Origin: Eledone cirrhosa
Taxonomy: Eukaryota
DNA length: 64,000 nucleotides
Assembly: GCA_964016885.1 (NCBI GenBank)
Contig: OZ024740.1
Coordinates: 153,760,001 to 153,824,000, forward strand
Direction of reading: 5' to 3'
Part shown: piece by piece, positions 10,054 to 22,950 of the stretch
Position numbering within the stretch: position 1 is the first letter of the stretch
Layout of the letters: every line of letters starts with the position of its first letter
The notes under the pieces: generated by a model
What the model was told of the DNA's origin: nothing
Databases searched by the model: none
What the model saw: only the letters and a program-made list of their open reading frames with translations
Translations under genes and position numbers: made by a program

Positions 10054-10737
10054 ATACAGTTTTGTTACTTCAATATGAAAACAACTGTTTGTTGTTTTAA
10101 ACTATCCTTCTGTTAGAGAATTATTATTTAATTTTATAACCCTAATGTTTTAGATTGCAGATCAAAATCAGTTAGAACCAGTAATGAAACAAATCATTTG
10201 TTAAAAATAATGTTAAGAATGAGGAATATAATAGATGGAGGAATTCAAGCAACAATATATGCTTTGAGACGGGATAAAATATCACCCGGATTATTCATAA
10301 GTATGAATTTTCAAAGTGATATAAACGATAGTTTTGCTTCTTAAATAAACCACGAATGAGATTACAACATTCCCATCTTGACGTGTCTCAAATCCGTCGT
10401 AAAATTAATCCACAGTTACTCTCAATTACTTATCTTTTACTAAATGATATAGGCCTGCATTATTATTATCATTATTTATTATTATCAAATTTATCGTTGA
10501 TATCATTATGAAAATTTATAATTATTAATATTTCGGATGATTTTATCCCGTCTCATAGAATATATCGTACCTTGAATTCCGCCATCCATTACGTTACTCC
10601 TTGTGAAGCAAATAGGAGAGTTGCTTGTTATTTCTTTCTAGCTAGTAGAGAGACCTAATGCATAGTGGGTGTCCCGTGGGGTCAGGGAGAATACGGTGAG
10701 AATAATAGAGAGAAAGAAAGAGGGAGGATATGAGATT

Positions 10738-10802
<65 letters not shown>

Positions 10803-10880
10803 CCACCAACGATAAATCAGGTAAACAATTTAATATGCTTCGTGTAATTATTGTCAAAATGTTACTTCTAGATCCGCTAG

Positions 10881-10964
10881 GTCAGGATGTCAGAGCTCTC
10901 TAAGGTGTTGTGTTCAGATCACAGTCGGGTCTCCCTTCCGTGGGTTAGAATCCCACTTCTGACA
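10881..10964 (+). pseudogene. tRNA-Leu pseudogene, class C
   Basis: As 3246-3329. Confidence 0.85.
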
Positions 10965-11596
10965 TTACTTTATTGTTATTTCAATATGAAACCAAACTGT
11001 TTGTTGGTTTAAACCATCCTTCTGTTACAGATATATTATTTACTATTTTGTAATCTATTTAGAAATTTATCAGGTCGTAGTTTATTCAATATTTACTACC
11101 AAATCAGAGTACAACGTTCCCATGTTGACGGGACAGACATCCATCAGACGATAGATCCCTACTTTCTATCAATATTCTTTTTTTTTTACAAAATTCTATA
11201 GGATGGTCTCATTATTTAATCATTTGTTACGTCCCTTTACGGTCTGAGTTCAAATCCCGCCGAGGTTTACTTTGCCTTTCATCCTTATGGGGTCGATAAC
11301 ATAAAGTTCCAGTAATGTACTGGTGATTGCTGGCCTTGTGCCTAAAGTAGAAACAGTTATTTCTTTCTAGCATGTGTAGAGACTTGTCGAAAGTGGGTTT
11401 TTATCGTGGGGTTAGGTGGGGGGGGGGGTACAGTGAGAATAATAGAGAGAAAGAAAAAGGGAGATTATGAAATTGAACGAGAGAGAGGGAGAGAGGGAGA
11501 GAGGGAGTAAGAGTGATCATTACCAATGATAAAGTAATTAACAATTTAATATGCCTCATCTAATTATAGTTTAAAAGGTACCTTCATAATCAGTAA

Positions 11597-11680
11597 GTCA
11601 GGATGGCCGAGCGGTCTAAGGCGCTGCGTTCAGGTCGCAGTCGGGTTTTTCCGGCGTGGGTTCGAATCCCACTTCTGACA
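11597..11680 (+). tRNA. trnL-CAG: tRNA-Leu(CAG), class A with internal T5
   Basis: Full length; variable arm GGGTTTTTCC. Confidence 0.82.
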
Positions 11681-11760
11681 TTACATTTTTGTTATTTCAA
11701 TACAAACTGATGGTTTAAACCACCCTTATCTTACAGATTCATTATCTGCAATTTAGTAGT

Positions 11761-11941
11761 GGTGGTTTGGCAGTATCGGTAGAGAGTCGGATGCCATGCT
11801 TTCCAGCATAGTTACGCCCCTTTACGGTCTGAGTTCAAATCCAGCCGGGGTTCACTTTGCCTTTCAACCTTACGGGGTCGATAAAATAAAGTTCCAGTAA
11901 TGTACTGGGTAATTGCTGACTCTGTGCCAAAGGTAGAAACA
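11761..11941 (+). mobile_element. SINE (same insertion)
   Basis: As 473-652. Confidence 0.85.
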
Positions 11942-12389
11942 ATTATTTACAATTTGGTAGTCAAACTGTTTTAGATTGTAAACCTAAATCAGTTAGAAGC
12001 AGTTATGAATACATTCAGTTGTTAAAGATAATGTTTCATCGTTTTTAGCCAATGTACTATCCCTTAACGTTACTAGGTGCCTTGCACAAAGTTAACTTTC
12101 GATATACAAAGATACGTACAGGTCACAGCTGGAGGATATTGTATTGTAACTATTCTAGACCGGAGATGAACGTTACAGGACACAAAGAAATTACAATATA
12201 CGTGTTTCATGATTTCACAAATATATTTAAAATGTTTAAGTCTATTTCAAACTTAAAGTTTCATCAAGCCCAAGCTTATCCTATATTAACTAACGTTAGG
12301 CAAATGAGATTACAACATTCCCATCTTGACGAGACTCAAATCCGTCGGGAAATTAAGCCTCAGTTACTGCCAGTATAATTTGTTTACTA

Positions 12390-12441
12390 AAGGCGCTGCG
12401 TTCAGATCGCAGTCTTCTCGGTTCGAATCCCACTTCTGACA
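12390..12441 (+). pseudogene. tRNA-Leu fragment, class E
   Basis: Same as 1101-1152. Confidence 0.85.
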
Positions 12442-13032
12442 ACAATATTATCACATATAAATACGATATCGAAAGTATGATGTCTTAAACCAATCTTCAA
12501 TAGCAGAATTACTATTTACAAATTCACCAGGTCGTAGTTTATCCAATATTTACTATTAAATGAAAGTACAACGTTCCCATCTTGATGGGACACAAATCCA
12601 TCAGAAGATAGATCCCTACTTTCTCTCAATATTCGTTTTTTTAACAAATTTTTTGAAGATGGTGTCATTATTTATTTATTTGTTTATTTATGTGTTTATT
12701 TATTTTCATTAGTTTATTTAAGGGGCGAACCTATCGTTGATATCACTATAATAATTCATATTGGTATCACTATAATAATTCATATTGGTATCACTATGAA
12801 AATTCATATTGGTATCACTATAATAATTAATATTGATATCACTATGAAAATTCATACTTATTTATTAATTCGAAAGAGAGAGAGAGAGAGAAACAGAGAT
12901 TTAGAAATATAGAGAGAGATACAGAGAGAGAGAAAGAGAGAGTGAGAGAGAGTAATAGGGAGAGAGAGAGTGGGGAATGGAGAAAGAGAAATAGAGAGAG
13001 AGAGAGAGAAAGAGGGCGATAGATAGATAGAT

Positions 13033-13074
<42 letters not shown>

Positions 13075-13096
13075 AAAGAGAGAGAGAGTGAGAGAG

Positions 13097-13127
<31 letters not shown>

Positions 13128-13233
13128 AAGAGAGAGAGAAAGAGAGGCAGAGGGAAACCACCACCAAATATAAATAGTTAATAAAATATGCCTTGTCTAA
13201 TTATTGTCAAAACGTTCTCTTCGAAGCTGGTGA

Positions 13234-13317
13234 GTCAGGATGGCCGAGCGGTCTAAGGCGCTGCGTTCAGGTCGCAGTCGGGTCTTCCCGGCGTGGGTTC
13301 GAATCCCACTTCTGACA
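13234..13317 (+). tRNA. trnL-CAG: tRNA-Leu(CAG), class B
   Basis: Consensus copy. Confidence 0.94.
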
Positions 13318-14067
13318 ATACAGTTTTGTTACTTCAATATGAAAACAACTGTTTGTTGTTTTAAACTATCCTTCTGTTAGAGAATTATTATTTAATTTTA
13401 TAACCCTAATGTTTTAGATTGCAGATCAAAATCAGTTAGAACCAGTAATGAAACAAATCATTTGTTAAAAATAATGTTAAGAATGAGGAATATAATATAT
13501 GGAGGAATTCAAGCAACAATATATGCTTTGAGACGGGATAAAATATCACCCGGATTATTCATAAGTATGAATTTTCAAAGTGATATAAACGATAGTTTTG
13601 CTTCTTGAATAAACCACGAATGAGATTACCACATTCCCATCTTGACGTGTCTCAAATCCGTCGTAAAATTAATCCACAGTTACTCTCAATTACTTATCTT
13701 TTACTAAATGTTATACGACTGCATTATTATTATTATAGTTTATTTTAGAACTAAATCTATCATTGATATCATTATGAAAATTTATAATTATTAATATTTC
13801 GGATGATTTTATCCCGTCTCAAAGAATATATCGTAGCTTGAATTCCGCCATCCATTACGTTACTCCTTGTGAAGCAAATAGGAGAGTTGCTTGTTATTTC
13901 TTTCTAGCTAGTAGAGAGACCTAATGCATAGTGGGTGTCCCGTGGGGTCAGGGAGAATACGGTGAGAATAATAGAGAGAAAGAAAGAGGGAGGATATGAG
14001 ATTTAGAGGGAGAGAGAGTGAGAGAGAGAGAGAGAGATGGAGAGAGAGAGGGAGAAAGAGAGAGAGA

Positions 14068-14100
<33 letters not shown>

Positions 14101-14210
14101 GGGGAGAGAGAGAGAGAGAGGGAGAGAAATCTCCACCAACGATAAATCAGGTAAACAATTTAATATGCTTCGTGTACTTATTGTCAAAATGTTAATTCTA
14201 GATCCGCTAG

Positions 14211-14294
14211 GTCAGGATGTCAGAGCTCTCTAAGGTGTTGTGTACAGATCACAGTCGGGTCTCCCTTCCGTCGGTTAGAATCCCACTTCTGACA
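14211..14294 (+). pseudogene. tRNA-Leu pseudogene, class C
   Basis: As 3246-3329, plus U33>A. Confidence 0.85.
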
Positions 14295-14626
14295 TTACTT
14301 TATTGTTATTTCAATATGAAACCAAACTGTTTGTTGGTTTAAACCATCCTTCTGTTACAGATATATTATTTACTATTTTGTAATCTTACAATTTTAGATT
14401 ATAAACTAAAATCAGTTTGAACCAGTTATCAAAAAGTATATGACTGTCCTAAACCTCGAATTTCATCAAGCCGTAGCTTATCCTATATTAACCTTTCTAC
14501 TTGTTTAGGATGAGAATGATAAAGTTAAAAAGTGAGAGCGTGTGAGTGACCACGAATGATAAAGCAAGTAATAATTTAATATAACTCGTCTAATTGTAGT
14601 TTAAAAGTTATCTTCGTAAACAGTAA

Positions 14627-14710
14627 GTCAAGATGGCCGAGCGGTGTAAGGCGCTGCGTTTAGGACGCAGTCAGGTGTTCCCGGCGTGAGTTCGAATCCC
14701 ACTTCTGACA
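14627..14710 (+). pseudogene. tRNA-Leu(TAG)-like copy, class D
   Basis: As 3662-3745. Confidence 0.75.
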
Positions 14711-15255
14711 ACAGTTTTATCTATGTTGTATTAAACCAATCAATCTTCAGTGACAGAATTAATCAGGTCGTAGTTTATTCAATATTCACTACCAAATCAG
14801 ACGATAGATCCCTACTTTCTATCAATATTCGTTGTTTTACGAAATTCTATAGAATGATCTCATTATGTATTCATTTGTTTACTTATGTGTTTATTTTCAT
14901 TGGTTTATTTCAGAAGCGAAACTATCGTTGATATCACATCTCAAATTCATATTGATATCACTATGATAATTGATATTGATATCACTATGATAATTCATAT
15001 TGATATCACTATGATAATTCATACTTATTTAATCATCCGTGCGAAAGAGAGAGAGAAACAGAGACAAATAAATATATCGAGAGAAACGGTGAGAGAGAAA
15101 GAGAGAGTGAGAGAGAGAGTGAGAAATATAGAGAGAGAAAGAAAGAGAGTGAGAAAAAGAGAAAGAGAGAAAGAGAGAGAAAGCACCACCAACTATAAAT
15201 AGTTAATAAAATATGCATTGTCTAATTATTAAAACTTTTTTCCGGAACGTATTAA

Positions 15256-15338
15256 GGAAGGATGGGCAAGTGGTCTAGGGCACTGCGTTCAGGTCGCAGT
15301 CGGATGTCCCGTCGTGGGTTCGAATCCCACTCCTGACG
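15256..15338 (+). pseudogene. tRNA-Leu(CAG) pseudogene, class F1
   Basis: GGAAGGATGGGCAAG start breaks the acceptor and D stems. Confidence 0.8.
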
Positions 15339-15350
15339 TAACTTTTTTTT

Positions 15351-15790
15351 GTAATTTCAATATGAAAACAACTGTTTGTTATTTTAAACCATCATTTCTG
15401 TAACAGAATTATTATTTACAATTTGTAATCCTAATGTTTTAGATTACTGACCAAAATCAGTTAGAACCAGTAATGAACGCAATCATTTGTTAAAAATAAT
15501 GTTGAAATGTTTGAGACAATGTGTTGACTAGGTGAGATATCATATCTAGAACGTTGGAATGAAAGTATACTAAAGAAAAATTCGGTTTTGTATCTTCCTC
15601 ACCTAGTCAACATGTGGGGATAGCACATTCGCTCCAAAAATTATAACAAATCATTGCGTTCATTACTAGTTCTAACTGATTTTGGTCCGCAATCCAAAAG
15701 ATTAGGATTATAAAATAATAAATATTAATTCTGTAACAGAAGGATGGTTTAAAACAAGAAACAGTTGTTTTCATATTGAAATAACAAAAC
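15351..15790. repeat. Fold-back palindrome of the tRNA trailer; also near 22970-23410, 30480-30920, 37960-38400, 45807-46250, 51735-52130
   Basis: Arms of about 150 bp; inner TGTTGACTAGGTGAG at 15522-15536 and CTCACCTAGTCAACA at 15598-15612. Confidence 0.88.
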
Positions 15791-16164
15791 TGTAATATCA
15801 ACGATAGTTTCGCTTCTTAAATAAACCACTGGCAATAAATAAATATATAAATAATGACACTACCATATACAATTTCGTAAAAAATGAATAGTGTGAGTAT
15901 TAGGGATCTATCTTCTGGTGGATATGTGTCACGTCATGTTGGGGACGTTGTACTTTCATTTGGTAGTAAATATTGGATAAACTACGACCTGATAAATTTG
16001 CATATAATAAATCTGTCACTGAAGAAAATAGAGGGAGAGTTACTTGTTATTTCTTTCTAACTAGTAGAGAGACCTAATGCATACCGGGTGTCCCGTGGGG
16101 TCAGGAAGAATACGGTGAGAATAATAGAGAGAAAGAAAGAGGGAGGATATGAAATTAAGAGAGG

Positions 16165-16201
<37 letters not shown>

Positions 16202-16281
16202 CACCACCAACGATAAATCAGGTAAACAATTTAATATGCTTCGTCTATTTATTGTTAAAATGTTACTTCTAGATCCGGTAG

Positions 16282-16323
16282 GTCAGGATGTCAGAACTCT
16301 CTAAGGTGTTGCCTCCAGATCAC
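16282..16323 (+). pseudogene. 5' half of a class C tRNA-Leu pseudogene
   Basis: Truncated after the anticodon and fused to a class A leader. Confidence 0.75.
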
Positions 16324-16369
16324 CCTTTTAAACTAATTATAGTTTAAAAGTTACCTTCATAATCAGTAA

Positions 16370-16453
16370 GTCAGGATGGCCGAGCGGTCTAAGGCGCTGC
16401 GTTCAGGTCGCAGTCAGGTTTTCCCGGCGTGGGTTCGAATCCCACTTCTGACA
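16370..16453 (+). tRNA. trnL-CAG: tRNA-Leu(CAG), class A
   Basis: Full length; one variable-arm mismatch (TCAGG). Confidence 0.85.
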
Positions 16454-16533
16454 TTACATTTTTGTTATTTCAATACAAACTGATGGTTTAAACCACCCTT
16501 ATCTTACAGATTCATTATTTAAAATTTAGTAGT

Positions 16534-16714
16534 GGTGGATTGGCAGTATCGGTAGAGAGTCGGATGCCATGCTTTCCAGCATAGTTACGCCCCTTTACGG
16601 TCTGAGTTCAAATCCAGCCGAGGTTCACTTTGCCCTTCAACCTTACGGGGTTGATAAAATAAAGTACCAGTAATGTACTGGGTAATTGCTGACTTTGTGC
16701 CAAAAGTAGAAACA
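16534..16714 (+). mobile_element. SINE (same insertion)
   Basis: As 473-652. Confidence 0.85.
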
Positions 16715-17084
16715 ATTATTTACAATTTGGTAGTCAAACAGTTTTAGATTGTAAACCTAAATCAGTTAGAAGCAGTTAAAAAAACGAATATTGAGAGAAA
16801 GTAGGGATCTATCTTCTGATGGATTTGTGTCCCGTCAAGATGGGAACATTGTACTTTCATTTAATAGTAAATATTGGATAAACTACGACCTGGTGAATTT
16901 GTAAATAGTAATCCGAAAGAGAGAGAGAGAGAAACAGAGATTTAGAAATATAGAGAGAGTAAGAGAGAGAGAGTAATAGGGGGAGCGAGAGTGGGGAATG
17001 GAGAAAGACAAATAGAGAGAGAGAGAGTCAGAAAGAGGGAGATAGATAGATAGAGAGAGAGACAGAGAGAAAGAGAGAGAGAGT

Positions 17085-17115
<31 letters not shown>

Positions 17116-17202
17116 GCAGAGGGAAACCACCACCAAATATAAATAGTTAATAAAATATGCCTTGTCTAATTATTGTTAAAATGTTCTCCAGGAAGCTGGT
17201 GA

Positions 17203-17286
17203 GTCAGGATGGCCGAGCGGTGTAAGGCGCTGCGTTCAGGTCGCAGTCGGGTCTTCCCGGCGTGGGTTCGAATCCAACTTCTGACA
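17203..17286 (+). tRNA. trnL-CAG: tRNA-Leu(CAG), class B, T-stem mismatch
   Basis: Full length; GGTGTAA and AATCCAAC substitutions. Confidence 0.7.
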
Positions 17287-18078
17287 GTACAGTTTTGTTA
17301 CTTCAATATGAAAACAACTGTTTGTTGTTTTAAACTATCCTACTGTTAGAGAATTATTATTTAATTTTATAACCCTAATGTTTTAGATTGCAGATCAAAA
17401 TCAGTTAGAACCAGTAATGAAACAAATCATTTGTTAAAAATAATGTTAAGAATGAGGAATATAATAGATGGAGGAATTCTAGCAACAATATATGCTTTGA
17501 GACGGGATAAAATATCACCCGGATTATTCATAAGTATGAATTTTCAAATAAACGATAGTTTTGCTTCTTAAATAAACCACGAATGAGATTACAACATTCC
17601 CATCTTGACGTGTCTCAAATCCGTCGTAAAATTAATCCACAGTTACTCTTAATTACTTATCTTTTACTAAATGATATAGGCCTGCATTATTATTATCATT
17701 ATTTATTATTATCAAATCTATCGTTGATATCATTATGAAAATATATAATTATTAATATTTCGGATGATTTTATCCCGTCTCCAAGTATATATCGTAGCTT
17801 GAATTCCGCCATCCATTACGTTACTCCTTGTGAAGAAAAGAGAAGGAGAGTTGCTTGTTATTTCTTTCTAACTAATAGAGACCTAATGCATAGTGGGTGT
17901 CCCGTGGGGTCAGAGAGAATACGGTGAGAATAATAGAAAGAAAGAAAGAGGGAGGATATTAGATTAAGAGAGAGAGAGAGAGAGTGGGGGAGAGAAAGCA
18001 CCACCAACGATAAATCAGATAAACAATTTAATATGCTTCGTCTAATTATTGTTAAAATGTTACTTCTAGATACAGTAG

Positions 18079-18162
18079 GTCAGAATGTAAGAGCTCTCTA
18101 AGGTGTTGTGTACAGATCACAGTCGGGTCACCCTTGTGTGGGTTAGAATCCCACTTCTGACA
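18079..18162 (+). pseudogene. tRNA-Leu pseudogene, class C
   Basis: As 3246-3329, more diverged. Confidence 0.82.
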
Positions 18163-18494
18163 TTACTTTATTGTTATTTCAATATGAAAACAAACTGTTT
18201 GTTGGTTTAAACCATCCTTCTGTTACATATATATTATTTACTATTTTGTAATCTTACACTTTTAGATTATAAACTAAAATCAGTTTGAACCAGTTATCAA
18301 AAAGTATATGACTGTCCTAAACCTCGAGTTTCATCAAGCCGTAGCTTATCCTATATTAACCTTTCTACTTGTTTAGGATGAGAATGATAAAGTTAAAAAG
18401 TGAGAGAGTGTTAGTGACAACGAATGATAAAGCAAGTAATAATTTAATATGACTCGTCTAATTGTAGTTTAAAAGTTATCTTCGTAAACAGTAA

Positions 18495-18578
18495 GTCATG
18501 ATGGCCGAGCGGTGTAAGGAGCCGCGTTTAGGTCGCAGTCAGGTGTTCCCGGCGTGAGTTCGAATGCCACTTCTGACA
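18495..18578 (+). pseudogene. tRNA-Leu(TAG)-like copy, class D
   Basis: As 3662-3745, more diverged. Confidence 0.78.
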
Positions 18579-19168
18579 ATAGTTTTATCACATTTTAATA
18601 ATATATCGAAAGTATAATCAATCTTCAGTGACAGAATTACTATTTAGAAATTTATCAGGTCGTAGTTTATTCAATATTTACTACCACACTAGAGTACAAC
18701 GTTCCCATGTTGACGGGACAGACATCCATCAGACGATAGATCCCTACTTTCTATCAATATTCTTTTTTTTTTACAAAATTCTATAGGATGGTCTCATTAT
18801 TTATTCATTTGTTACGTCCCTTTACGGTCTGAGTTCAAATCCCGCCGAGGTTTACTTTGCCTTTCATCCTTACGGGGTTGATAAAATAAAGTTCCAGTAA
18901 TGTACTGGGTAATTGCTGGCCTTGTGCCTAAAGTAGAAACAGTTATTTCTTTCTAGCATGTGTAGAGACTTGTCGAAAGTGGGTGTCTCGTGGGGTTAGG
19001 GGGGTACAGTGAGAATAATAGAGAGAAAGAAAGAGGGAGATTATGAAATTGAACGAGAGAGAGAGAGGGAGAGAGGGAGTGAGAGTGATCATTACCAATG
19101 ATAAAGTAATTAACAATTTAATATGCCTCATCTAATTATAGTTTAAAAGGTACCTTCATAATTAACAA

Positions 19169-19252
19169 GTCAGGATGGCCGAGCGGTGTAAGGCGCTGCG
19201 TTCAGGTCGCAGTCGGGTTTTCCCGGCGTGGGTTCGAATCCCACTTCTGACA
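19169..19252 (+). tRNA. trnL-CAG: tRNA-Leu(CAG), class A
   Basis: Full length; D-loop C>G only. Confidence 0.9.
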
Positions 19253-19332
19253 TTACATTTTTGTTATTTCAATACAAACTGATGGTTTAAACCACCTTTA
19301 TCTTACAGATTCATTATTTACAATTTAGTAGT

Positions 19333-19513
19333 GGTGGATTGGCAGTATCGGTAGAGAGTCGGATGCCATGCTTTCCAGCATAGTTACGCCCCTTTACGGT
19401 TTGAGTTCAAATCCAGCCGCGGTTCACTTTGCCTTTCAACCTTACGGTGTCGATAAAATAAAGTACCAGTAATGTACTGGCTAATTGCTGACTCTGTGCC
19501 AAAGGTAGAAACA
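19333..19513 (+). mobile_element. SINE (same insertion)
   Basis: As 473-652. Confidence 0.85.
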
Positions 19514-19961
19514 TTTATTTACAATTTGGTAGTCAAACTGTTTTAGATTGTAAACCTAAATCAGTTAGAAGCAGTTATGAATGCATTCAGTTGTTAAAGA
19601 TAATGTTTTATCGTTTTTAGTCAATGTACTATCGCTTAACGTTACTAGGTGCCTTGCACAAAGTTAACTTTCGATATACAAAGATACGTACAGGTCACAG
19701 CTGGAGGATATTGTATTGTAACTATTCTAGACCGGTGATAAACGTTACTGGACACAAAGAAATTACAATATATGTGTTTCATGATTTCACAAATATATTT
19801 AAAATGTTTAAGTCTATTTCAAACTTAAAGTTTCATCAAGCCCAAGCTTATCCTATATTAACTAACGTAAGGCAAATGAGATTACAACATTCCCATCTTG
19901 ACGAGACTCAAATCCGTCGGGAAATTAAGCCTCAGTTACTGCCAGTATAATTTGTTTACTA

Positions 19962-20013
19962 AAGGCGCTGCGTTCAGATCGCAGTCTTCTCGGTTCGAAT
20001 CCCACTTCTGACA
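19962..20013 (+). pseudogene. tRNA-Leu fragment, class E
   Basis: Same as 1101-1152. Confidence 0.85.
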
Positions 20014-20422
20014 ACAATATTATCACATATAAATACGATATCGAAAGTATGATGTCTTAAACCAATCTTCAATAGCAGAATTACTATTTACAAATTCACC
20101 AGGTCGTAGTTTATCCAAAATTTACTATTAAATGAAAGTACAATGTTCCCATCTTGACGGGACACAGATCCATCAGAAGATAGATCCCTACTTTCTCTCA
20201 ATATTCGTTTTTTTAACAAATTTTTTGACGATGGTGTCATTATTTATTTATTTGTTTATTTATGTGTTTATTTATTTTCATTAGTTTATTTAAGGAGCGA
20301 ACCTATCGTTGATATCACTGTGATAATTCATATTGGTATCACTATAATAATTCATATTGGTATCACTATGATAATTCATATTGATATCACTATGAAAATT
20401 CATACTTATTTAGTAATCCGAA

Positions 20423-20455
<33 letters not shown>

Positions 20456-20560
20456 GAGAGAAACAGAGATTTAGAAATATAGAGAGAGATACAGAGAGAG
20501 ATACAGAGAGAGTGAGAGAGAGTAATAGGGAGAGAGAGAGTGGGGAATGGAGAAAGAGAA

Positions 20561-20593
<33 letters not shown>

Positions 20594-20621
20594 GAAAGAG
20601 GGAGAGGGAGAGAGAGAGAGA

Positions 20622-20657
<36 letters not shown>

Positions 20658-20775
20658 TAGATAGATAGAGAGAGAGAGAGAAAGAGAGGCAGAGGGAAAC
20701 CACCACCAACGATAAATAGTTAATAAAATATGCCTTGTCTAATTATTGTTAAAACGTTTTGCTTGAAGCTGGTGA

Positions 20776-20859
20776 GTCAGGATGGCCGAGCGGTCTAAGG
20801 CGCTGCGTTCAGGTCGCAGTCGGGTCTTCCCGTCGTGGGTTCGAATCCCACTTCTGACA
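20776..20859 (+). tRNA. trnL-CAG: tRNA-Leu(CAG), class B
   Basis: Full length; one variable-arm change. Confidence 0.88.
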
Positions 20860-21551
20860 ATACAGTTTTGTTACTTCAATATGAAAACAACTGTTTGTTG
20901 TTTTAAACTATCCTACTGTTAGAGAATTATTATTTAATTTTATAACCCTAATGTTTTAGATTGCAGATCAAAATCAGTTAGAACCAGTAATGAAACAAAT
21001 CATTTGTTAAAAATAATGTTAAGAATGAGGAATATAATAGCTGGAGAAATTCAAGCAACAATATATGCTTTGAGACGGGATAAAATATCACCCGGATTAT
21101 TCATAAGTATGAATTTTCAAAGTAATATAAACGATAGTTTTGCTTCTTAAATAAACCACGAATGAGATTACAACATTCCCCTCTTGACGTGTCTCAAATC
21201 CGTCGTAAAATTAATCCAGTTACTCTCAATTACTTATCTTTTACTAAATGATATACGACTGCATTATTATTATCATTATTTATTATTATCAAATTTATCG
21301 TTGATATAATTATGAAAATTTATAATTATTAATATTTCGGATGATTTTATCCCGTCTCAAAGAATACATCGTAGCTTGAATTCCGCCATCCATTACGTTA
21401 CTCCTTGTGAAGCAAATAGGAGAGTTGCTTGTTATTTCTTTCTAGCTAGTAGAGAGACCTAATGCATAGTGGGTGTCCCGTGGGGTCAGGGAGAATACGG
21501 TGAGAATAATAGAGAGAAAGAAAGAGGGAGGATATGAGATTTAGAGGGAGA

Positions 21552-21631
<80 letters not shown>

Positions 21632-21710
21632 TCCACCAACGATAAATCAGGTAAACAATTTAATATGCTTCGTCTAATTATTGTCAAAATGTTACTTCTA
21701 GATCCGCTCG

Positions 21711-21794
21711 GTCAGGATGTCAGAGCTCTCTAAGGTGTTGTGTACAGATCACAGTCGGGTCTCCCTTCCGTGGGTTAGAATCCCACTTCTGACA
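21711..21794 (+). pseudogene. tRNA-Leu pseudogene, class C
   Basis: As 3246-3329. Confidence 0.85.
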
Positions 21795-22126
21795 TTACTT
21801 TATTGTTATTTCAATATGAAACCAAACTGTTTGTTGGTTTAAACCATCCTTCTGTTACAGATATATTATTTACTATTTTGTAATCTTACACTTTTAGATT
21901 ATAAACTAAAATCAGTTTGAACCAGTTATCAAAAAGTATATGACTGTCCGAGACCTCGAGTTTCATCAAGCCGTAGCTTATCCTATATTAACCTTTCTAC
22001 TTGTTTAGGATGAGAATGATAAAGTTAAAAAGTGAGAGAGTGTGGGTGACCACGAATGATAAAGCAAGTAATAATTTAATATGACTCGTCTAATTGTAGT
22101 TTAAAAGTTATCTTCGTAAACAGTAA

Positions 22127-22210
22127 GTCATGATGGCCGAGCGGTGTATAGCGCTGCGTTTAGGTCGCAGTCAGGTGTTCCCGACGTGAGTTCGAATCCC
22201 ACTTCTGACA
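22127..22210 (+). pseudogene. tRNA-Leu(TAG)-like copy, class D
   Basis: As 3662-3745. Confidence 0.75.
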
Positions 22211-22868
22211 ACAGTTTTATCACATTTTTAATAAGAAATTGAATCTATGATGTATTAAACCAATCAATCTTCAGTGACAGAATTAATATTTAGAAATTTA
22301 TCAGGTCGTAGTTTATTCAATATTCACTACCAAATCAGACGATAGATCCCTACTTTCTATCAATATTCGTTTTTTTTACGAAATTCTATAGAATGGTGTC
22401 ATTATGTATTCATTTGTTTACTTATGTGTTTATTTTCATTGGTTTATTTCAGAAGCGAAACTATCGTTGATATCACATCTCAAATTCATATTGATATCAC
22501 TATGATAATTGATATTGATATCACTATGATATTTGATATTGATATCACTATGATAATTCATATTGATATGACTGATAATTCATACTTATTTAATCCTCCG
22601 TGAGAAAGAGAGAGAAACAGAGACAAAGAAATATATAGAGAGAGACGGAGAGAGAGAAAGAGAGGGGGAGAGAGTGAGAGAGTGAGAAATAGAGAGAGAG
22701 AAATAGAAAGAGAGAGAAAGTAAGAGAGTGAGAAAAAGAGAAAGATAGAGAAAGTAAGAGAGTGAGAAAAAGAGAAAGAGAGAAAGAGAGAGAAAGCACC
22801 ACCAACGATAAATAGTTAATAAAATATGCATTGTCTAATTATTAAAACTTTTTTACGGAGCCTATTAA

Positions 22869-22950
22869 GTCAGGATGGCCAAGTAGTCTTGGGCGCTGCG
22901 TTCAGGTCGCAATCGGGTGTCCCGCGTGGGATCGAATCCCACCCTTGACA
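22869..22950 (+). pseudogene. tRNA-Leu(CAG) pseudogene, class F2
   Basis: B box GGATCGAAT; several stem mismatches. Confidence 0.8.

Noticed and set aside
15607-15801. Repeated 64-aa ORF MILQFCYF...
   Set aside because: Chance frame in the inverted trailer arm of the palindrome
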